Shown here: in pieces, positions 58,794 to 64,000 of the stretch
How the letters are laid out: every line of letters begins with the position of its first letter
How positions within the stretch are numbered: the first letter of the stretch is position 1
Assembly: GCA_944386565.1 (NCBI GenBank)
Contig: CALXBO010000006.1
Span: forward strand, 113 to 64,112
Source: an uncultured Ruthenibacterium sp.
GTDB lineage: Bacteria > Bacillota > Clostridia > Oscillospirales > Ruminococcaceae
Direction: 5' to 3'
Length of the DNA stretch: 64,000 bases
Made by a program: the position numbers and the translations under genes
Notes under the pieces: generated by a model
Seen by the model: the letters and a program-made list of their open reading frames with translations, nothing else
What the model was told of the DNA's origin: nothing
Database searches by the model: none

Positions 58794-59306
58794 ATGTTGC
58801 TGGAAGATGAGCAGCATGTGATCAAATGGCTGTCCCAATACGGAGCCCTGCCCAAAACGCAGATCCTGCAGATGCTCTATAATAAGCCGCGCAGCACAGC
58901 AGAGAAAATCATCCGCAATCTCAAACGGAACATGCAGATCACCGATGTTGGCGGCGGCTATTATCTTGGCCTGGACGGATTATGCAAGCCCGATCAGCGA
59001 ATGATCCTGGCCGTTTGGGTACTGCTGAAATTCATCAATGTCGTCGATCCCATGGCGCACTATCCTGCGACTTACCCGGCGCAACTCTTCTTTCTGAAAG
59101 AGAACACCGGCTATGAAATTGTGGTTTTGTACGAAGGTGAACAGCACTTGAGTAAATTGCTGCATCCGCAGGACGATGATACCAAATACATTTTTGTATT
59201 ACCCAATATACAGATGGCGTCGCAGCTGGTACTACCTGCGGCGCCTTGTTTGTTTGCGACGGTTGAGTTCAACGGGGAGGAAATCCCCGAGGTATTGTTT
59301 TACTGA
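58794..59306 (+). CDS. ICE hypothetical protein (N-terminal winged-helix-like)
   Basis: 170 aa with an AAGGAGG RBS and protein-like composition. No motif was recognised beyond a possible wHTH (KTQILQMLYNKPRSTAEKIIRNLKR). Confidence 0.6.
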   Translation: MLLEDEQHVIKWLSQYGALPKTQILQMLYNKPRSTAEKIIRNLKRNMQITDVGGGYYLGLDGLCKPDQRMILAVWVLLKFINVVDPMAHYPATYPAQLFFLKENTGYEIVVLYEGEQHLSKLLHPQDDDTKYIFVLPNIQMASQLVLPAAPCLFATVEFNGEEIPEVLFY

Positions 59307-59320
59307 GGAGGTGATGAGGA

Positions 59321-60025
59321 ATGGACGACATCAGTTCGTTTGCCAGAACGCTGACAAAACTGGAACGGCTTATGGCCAAGCTCGATATGGCCGTGAGCAA
59401 TACCCGCTGTATGTTCGGTGTTAAAAACATGGAATTGACCTACGATGTATCGCTGCGAGTAGCGGAACTGATGGAAAAAGCCGTGCTGGTTGCCAGAGCA
59501 CTGCCGGCTTATACCGGTGCGCCTGACGCAGCCATGATGGTTGCCAGGCAGACCGCTTCCGTAGTCCATGTCGAAATCGGCTTCACAGATGAGGGGTGGT
59601 TCTCACTGCGGATGCCCATGCTGCTTCCGAAAAAAGAACATGGATCAGCCGACTATATTCGTTCTATCCTGTTCCCTGAAATGCAGCGGTTTTTCCACAA
59701 CCAAGCCCCATGCCGGTTCAAAGATTGTGTGCTGATCTATCGGCACGTCTACTCACGGGATCGGCCGGAGCGCCAACGCAGGGATCACGATAATATCGAG
59801 ATCAATATGGTTTCGGACATTGTAGCTCTTTATACCATGCTGGATGACGCACCCTCACGATGCCGCCATTACTACTGCAGCGCTGAATCGGACAGCGAAA
59901 GAACAGAAGTTTATGTTGTCCCTTCCGAAGAGTTCATCCAATGGTACAGCCAAGAAAAAGACTTTCCTGCAAACGGCCCAGCCTTGTCCGAATTTGCCCC
60001 GAAACATTCCCAAAAAGATATGTAA
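59321..60025 (+). CDS. ICE hypothetical protein with a RusA-like motif block
   Basis: 234 aa with a GAGGAGG RBS. The segment RQRRDHDNIEINMVSDIVALYTMLDDAPS parallels E. coli RusA [28 protein letters not shown]. Confidence 0.6.
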   Translation: MDDISSFARTLTKLERLMAKLDMAVSNTRCMFGVKNMELTYDVSLRVAELMEKAVLVARALPAYTGAPDAAMMVARQTASVVHVEIGFTDEGWFSLRMPMLLPKKEHGSADYIRSILFPEMQRFFHNQAPCRFKDCVLIYRHVYSRDRPERQRRDHDNIEINMVSDIVALYTMLDDAPSRCRHYYCSAESDSERTEVYVVPSEEFIQWYSQEKDFPANGPALSEFAPKHSQKDM

Positions 60026-60122
60026 AAACTCCTCTTTTCCGCCGCTTCAAAATGACATAGCTGCAGTTGGCAGAAAAAGCACGGTGGAATCCACTTTTTG
60101 GGGGCATCGACTATGCAGCAAT

Positions 60123-60150
60123 CCGACAAAGAGAGCAGTCCTCTTGTCGG
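60123..60150 (+). other. 10-bp stem-loop in the 155-nt intergenic gap of the T4SS module
   Basis: CCGACAAaGAG-agcagtc-CTCTTGTCGG, 31 nt upstream of ATG 60181. Confidence 0.5.
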
Positions 60151-60180
60151 TAAGATCTAATCATTCTGAGGTGTATCACA

Positions 60181-61323
60181 ATGCTTACCTTGCGCCCCGG
60201 CAGTCTGGCATACCGGCTCATTTCCATGCTGTCCGTGACGGGTGAATACCCCATTCACTCTCTTCATTTGTTGGGCAACCCTCGTGTAATGCGAGATCTT
60301 GTCCGTCGTATGAGCGAACCGCAGCTGATACGTTTGCCTGGCGCTGATTCGGTACAGACGAAACTGGTCCAAATCAGTGGCAAAGGAGCCGCTAAGTCGG
60401 TTCGGTTGTACAGAGGTGCTCTTCCCATTTTGGAATGGATGCACCCGGATGCACTTGACTACTATATGGCCTCGTTCTGGAGCCATCGTTTTCCCGGAGA
60501 TGCTGCTCATAGGGACCGGAATCATCGTGTGGCTGAGGCGACCGCATTGTGCGCACAATCGGAAATCGAAATCGTGCCTTATCTTCTCCCTGCTTTGCAG
60601 ATGGAATCCATCCAGCATACCGTATTGGAGCGGCCAAGCCTGTACCTTGCAAGAGATCTGAAGAAGATCAACGCATCGGAACAGAACAAGACCATGTTCA
60701 CCCGAACCGTAGGCGCGTTGTTTTACCCCGGTGGATGCTATGCGATTTATAACACGCGAAGCTCTATCATGAAATGGAGCGGCATGGGCGAATTCAAGTC
60801 CCGTCTGAGTCTCCAGGAAATAGTCCGGTTGAATGCCGGCATTGAGACAGTCGATTCTGCGGTTTTGATGGGTGAGTCTGAGATGACGGCCATGGATACC
60901 CTGCTGGAATCCGAACGCACTCATCGCCCTGAGTTCCGGTTTGACTCCATTTATCAGCATGTACATTTCGTACCACTGAACGAGTTTGGGGCAAGCCTGT
61001 TGCGGTTGCTTACCATCCAAAACTGGAACAACCGCCTGATGGACCTGCTCTTTGATGCAGATGTTCGTTCGTATGGCCGGGGCACTTTGGAGTATGACGC
61101 TTACATTGACGGCAAATATGTATTGTCCCACTTGGATGGCGATCTTGCGAGACTGATCCGCTTCCGCGAAGCCATCAGAATCCAGAACGGAGTTTTTGAG
61201 GTGCTGTGTTTTCCAGAACAGATGCAACTGCTCCGGGAATATCTTCCGCCGGAGGTGAACTTAAAGGTTATATCGCTGAATGCAGTTTTGGATCAGTTTC
61301 TCAGAGAGGAGGGATGCCCGTGA
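60181..61323 (+). CDS. ICE hypothetical protein (380 aa)
   Basis: A coherent ORF that overlaps the VirD4 start. A possible N-terminal wHTH is present. A replication-relaxation-like assignment is only a guess. Confidence 0.6.
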   Translation: MLTLRPGSLAYRLISMLSVTGEYPIHSLHLLGNPRVMRDLVRRMSEPQLIRLPGADSVQTKLVQISGKGAAKSVRLYRGALPILEWMHPDALDYYMASFWSHRFPGDAAHRDRNHRVAEATALCAQSEIEIVPYLLPALQMESIQHTVLERPSLYLARDLKKINASEQNKTMFTRTVGALFYPGGCYAIYNTRSSIMKWSGMGEFKSRLSLQEIVRLNAGIETVDSAVLMGESEMTAMDTLLESERTHRPEFRFDSIYQHVHFVPLNEFGASLLRLLTIQNWNNRLMDLLFDADVRSYGRGTLEYDAYIDGKYVLSHLDGDLARLIRFREAIRIQNGVFEVLCFPEQMQLLREYLPPEVNLKVISLNAVLDQFLREEGCP

Positions 61324-63176
61324 ATGAAACGCTCAAACGGATCGTGATCAGTTTGACCGTATTGCTTGCGCTATTCATGCTGCTCTATATCAGCGGCTTG
61401 CTCGGCCAGACGCTCAACAATTACGAAGAATGGCAATCAAATGATGGTATGAGCGGACAGACTGTTATGCGGCCTGTTGATTGGTCGGTGGGGCCATGCA
61501 TAAAAAACACCTTCAGCATCGGAGGGCTCAAAAGCCTGGGGCTTATCCTACTTGCCGGTGGCGGGCTCACTGCCTACATAAAGCTGCATGACCGCTTCGG
61601 AGGGAAAACGAATGACCCCAGAGGCTTTTCGGTAAGCAAACAAGGAACGTATGGCACAGCATCCTGGATGAGCGATAAGGAAATGCGGCAGGTCCTTGAG
61701 GCCAAGCCCATCCCGCAGGCCGAGGGTATTATCCTGGGTGAAAAAGATGGCAAGGCTATTTGTTTGCCTGTCGATACACGCCTCAATCGTCACATTACCA
61801 TCTGTGGCTCGTCAGGAACGATGAAATCCCGAGCCGTGATTCGTCCGGCGCTGTTTAACATCATCCGGCGCGGTGAATCCACGATTATCACAGATCCAAA
61901 AGGGGAGATGTACGGAGATCTTGCCGCGCTGTTTCAACAGAACGGATATGAGGTGCGGGTTTTCAATCTGGTCAACCCGCAGCACGGGGATTCATGGAAT
62001 TGCATGTCCGACTTGAATGGCGATACTCTTCTTGCTCAGGTCCTGACCAATGTAATCATTGGAAATACCAGCGAAGGCAAAGGGGACCACTTCTGGGATA
62101 ACGGCGAGGGCAATCTGCTCAGGGCTCTCATCCTCTATGTGGATCAAGACCGAACCAGAAGCCCGGACCAGAAAAACCTGGCCGCTGTGTATCAGCTGCT
62201 CACCCAAAATAACGAGCGACAGTTGACCGCCATGTTCGAGAAACTGCCAATTGACCATCCAGCCAGGGCACCATTCAATCTGTTTTCCCAGGCAAGTGAC
62301 ACGGTTCGTTCAGGCATTATTCTCGGCCTCGGCACGCGGCTACAGGTTCTCCAGAACGAAGCCGTGCGCCGGATCATCAGCCAAAACGACATAGATCTCA
62401 CGGCGCCCGGGAAACGGAAATGCGCATACTTTGTGATCCTCAGTGACCAGGATGCCACGATGGCCTTTCTGTCATCGCTGTTCTTCTCGTTCCTGTTCAT
62501 CAAACTGGTTCGCTATGCGGACAGTACTCCCCAGATGCGCTGCGCCGTCCCTGTCAATCTGGTTTTCGACGAGTTCAACAACGTCGGGAAACTCGGCGGC
62601 GCCGCTGACGGCTCGGACTTCGCAAGAACCCTTTCAGTGATCCGAAGTCGTGCAATCTATGTCATGCTTGCTATCCAAAGCCTTGGCCAACTTCAGAATC
62701 GATACCCAAACAATCTCTGGGCTGAGATCCTGGGTAATACTGATGTGCAGCTGATGCTCGGCTGTACCGATGACATCAGCGCCGATTATTTTTCTGCGCG
62801 CAGCGGCGACATGAGTATCCAAATCAATACCACGATGACGGTTCGGCAAACCCTCGCCGTTGCGCAGATGATTCCGCAATACCGGCACACGGAAGGTCAA
62901 GGCAAACGGCGTTTGCTCACACCTGACGAGGTCCTTCGGCTACCGAACGAAGAACTCCTGGTAATCATTCGTGGCCACAATGTTTTGAAGCTGAACAAGC
63001 TGGATTACACCAGGCTCCCCATGGCAGCTCAGATTGAGAAACGCAGTATTCTGGATTATACTCCTCAACCCTCTATAACCCGCACGATACCAGAACCCGT
63101 CCCAGAACCGAAACCGGAACGGAAAAAGATGCGACCGAGTCTGTACAGCTCAGCATCACCGCCGGAAGATTTTTAA
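61314..63176 (+). CDS. VirD4/TraG-type type IV coupling protein
   Basis: About 620 aa with N-terminal TM helices, a P-loop variant CGSSGTMKS, the TDPKGE signature and Walker B LVFDEFNN. Confidence 0.85.
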   Translation: MPVNETLKRIVISLTVLLALFMLLYISGLLGQTLNNYEEWQSNDGMSGQTVMRPVDWSVGPCIKNTFSIGGLKSLGLILLAGGGLTAYIKLHDRFGGKTNDPRGFSVSKQGTYGTASWMSDKEMRQVLEAKPIPQAEGIILGEKDGKAICLPVDTRLNRHITICGSSGTMKSRAVIRPALFNIIRRGESTIITDPKGEMYGDLAALFQQNGYEVRVFNLVNPQHGDSWNCMSDLNGDTLLAQVLTNVIIGNTSEGKGDHFWDNGEGNLLRALILYVDQDRTRSPDQKNLAAVYQLLTQNNERQLTAMFEKLPIDHPARAPFNLFSQASDTVRSGIILGLGTRLQVLQNEAVRRIISQNDIDLTAPGKRKCAYFVILSDQDATMAFLSSLFFSFLFIKLVRYADSTPQMRCAVPVNLVFDEFNNVGKLGGAADGSDFARTLSVIRSRAIYVMLAIQSLGQLQNRYPNNLWAEILGNTDVQLMLGCTDDISADYFSARSGDMSIQINTTMTVRQTLAVAQMIPQYRHTEGQGKRRLLTPDEVLRLPNEELLVIIRGHNVLKLNKLDYTRLPMAAQIEKRSILDYTPQPSITRTIPEPVPEPKPERKKMRPSLYSSASPPEDF

Positions 63177-63193
63177 TGATAACGGAGGCACCA

Positions 63194-64000
63194 AATGAAT
63201 GACGAAATGAATGTTCTGACTGAGGCGATTCCCCAGACTGAAATGGAATCGACAGAAATTTTGGATCAGGTGTCTGAAGGGGAAGCGCAAACCGCCTTCT
63301 CCCAGACTGATTCTGAAATGGAGTCTACGGAGGCTTTGACATCAGAAGACGACGCCGAAGGGGCTAAAGAAGTGCCCATCCTCCAGACTGACTCTGAAAG
63401 CGCAAGCATCCCGGCTGAAGAGGCGCCGAAGGCACGATCCCGTCGCTCCCGCAAAAGTCAGTCTGAGGAAAGCGCGTCTGGCGGTGAAACTGAAAAGCCC
63501 GCCTCACCTCGGCGCCGCCGCGCCAAAGCTAAACCCACCGCCGTTTCCATTGATGGCCAGCTCAGCGTAGAGACCGAAGCCGATAAAGCCCGGGATGCAC
63601 TGCTGGACCTGGTCGAGTCCATGAAAACAAAACGCATCCTGACGGGTACCATTCAGGGTGTGGAGCGGCCCACGGATAATCCCACACGGTCCCTTGCAGT
63701 CCTGTACCACGGTGATTTCAAAATTATGATTCCGGCAGAAGAGGCTGTGGAAATCCCTGACGATCTGCGAGGGAGGTCCAAAGAAGAAGTGCTGCACTAT
63801 ACTCTGACCAAACGGCTTGGTGCGGAAGTGGACTACATCGTCAAAGGAATTGACGGCGAAGCCGGTATTGCAGTGGCCAGTCGTCTGGAAGCTATGGCAG
63901 CCCGCCGCCGTTCCTATTATTTCGGTACGGACCGAGATGGGAACAATCTGCTGTATGAGGGCGTATGCGCGGAAGCCCGTGTTGTGTCGGTGATCAGAGC
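63194..64000 (+). CDS. Partial ICE ORF (5' part only): acidic repeat N-terminus, basic stretch, S1/OB-like segment
   Basis: Translated by hand from ATG 63194, with a GGAGG RBS, and open to the window end. It contains RILTGTIQGVERP...LAVLYHGDFKIMIPAEEA, which is S1-like. It is absent from the ORF track because no stop codon lies in the window. Confidence 0.6.

Larger units (their letters stand above)
49261..64000. mobile_element. Left part of an integrative conjugative element (Tn1549/CTn-like Firmicutes T4SS module), truncated by the window end
   Basis: Visible drop in GC and a change in codon style right after groEL. The gene set is DUF5348, an HTH/sigma-like regulator, VirB2-like, VirB6/TrbL, NlpC/P60, PrgI-like, VirB4 and VirD4. 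The exact left end is unresolved (49261-49472), and no recombinase or relaxase lies in the window. Confidence 0.8.

Overview
GC-rich Firmicutes/Clostridia chromosome segment from an endospore former; an Oscillospiraceae-like gut anaerobe is an inference, and GC was judged by eye, not computed. About 49 kb of core genome is followed by about 14.7 kb of a visibly lower-GC conjugative element. No rRNA, tRNA or CRISPR array was recognised.

Core genome:
- 1-13.6 kb: the conserved 'ylo' housekeeping cluster (yicC, remA, gmk, priA, def, fmt, rsmB, rlmN, PP2C phosphatase, PASTA kinase PrkC, rsgA, thiN). It also carries an extra kinase-less PASTA paralog, and it ends in a 23-codon spoVM-like ORF that is too short for the supplied ORF track.
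- 13.7-16.7 kb: a SipL/SpoVID-like DUF3794+LysM protein and spoIVA, so three spore-coat basement-layer genes lie side by side.
- 16.8-33 kb: glycan genes (CapD-like dehydratase, PglC-like sugar transferase, LMW-PTP), then prfA, tsaC, coaE, an SLT transglycosylase, an M18 aminopeptidase and a GT2. These are followed by a TrxA/CcdA/TlpA thiol-redox module, a lone ptsI behind a terminator-like leader, and a sulfite/nitrite-reductase-like gene.
- 33-39.9 kb: a TetR-GH2-GPH transporter-GH36 sugar locus in which the GH36 alpha-galactosidase carries an in-frame TGA.
- 39.9-49.3 kb: an XRE-DUF3169-CPBP protease module behind four tandem palindromic operators, a DUF4358-MBOAT-DHHW O-acylation module, reverse rubrerythrin, a DAG-kinase-family lipid kinase, and CIRCE-groES-groEL.

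Conjugative element (from about 49.3 kb to the window end), a Tn1549/CTn-like type IV secretion module:
- Genes: DUF5348, a putative DNA-binding protein, a sigma/HTH-like regulator, a VirB2-like protein, VirB6/TrbL, an NlpC/P60 hydrolase, a PrgI-like protein, VirB4, three unknown genes, VirD4, and a partial S1-like ORF.
- No recombinase or relaxase lies inside the window.

No clear-cut novel defence-type system was seen. The most interesting items are the hidden spoVM and contiguous coat-basement cluster, the kinase-less PASTA paralog with a shared extracellular His/Cys tail, the phased 11-bp repeats at the ICE edge, terminators inside the T4SS operon, and a RusA-like protein inside the T4SS module.
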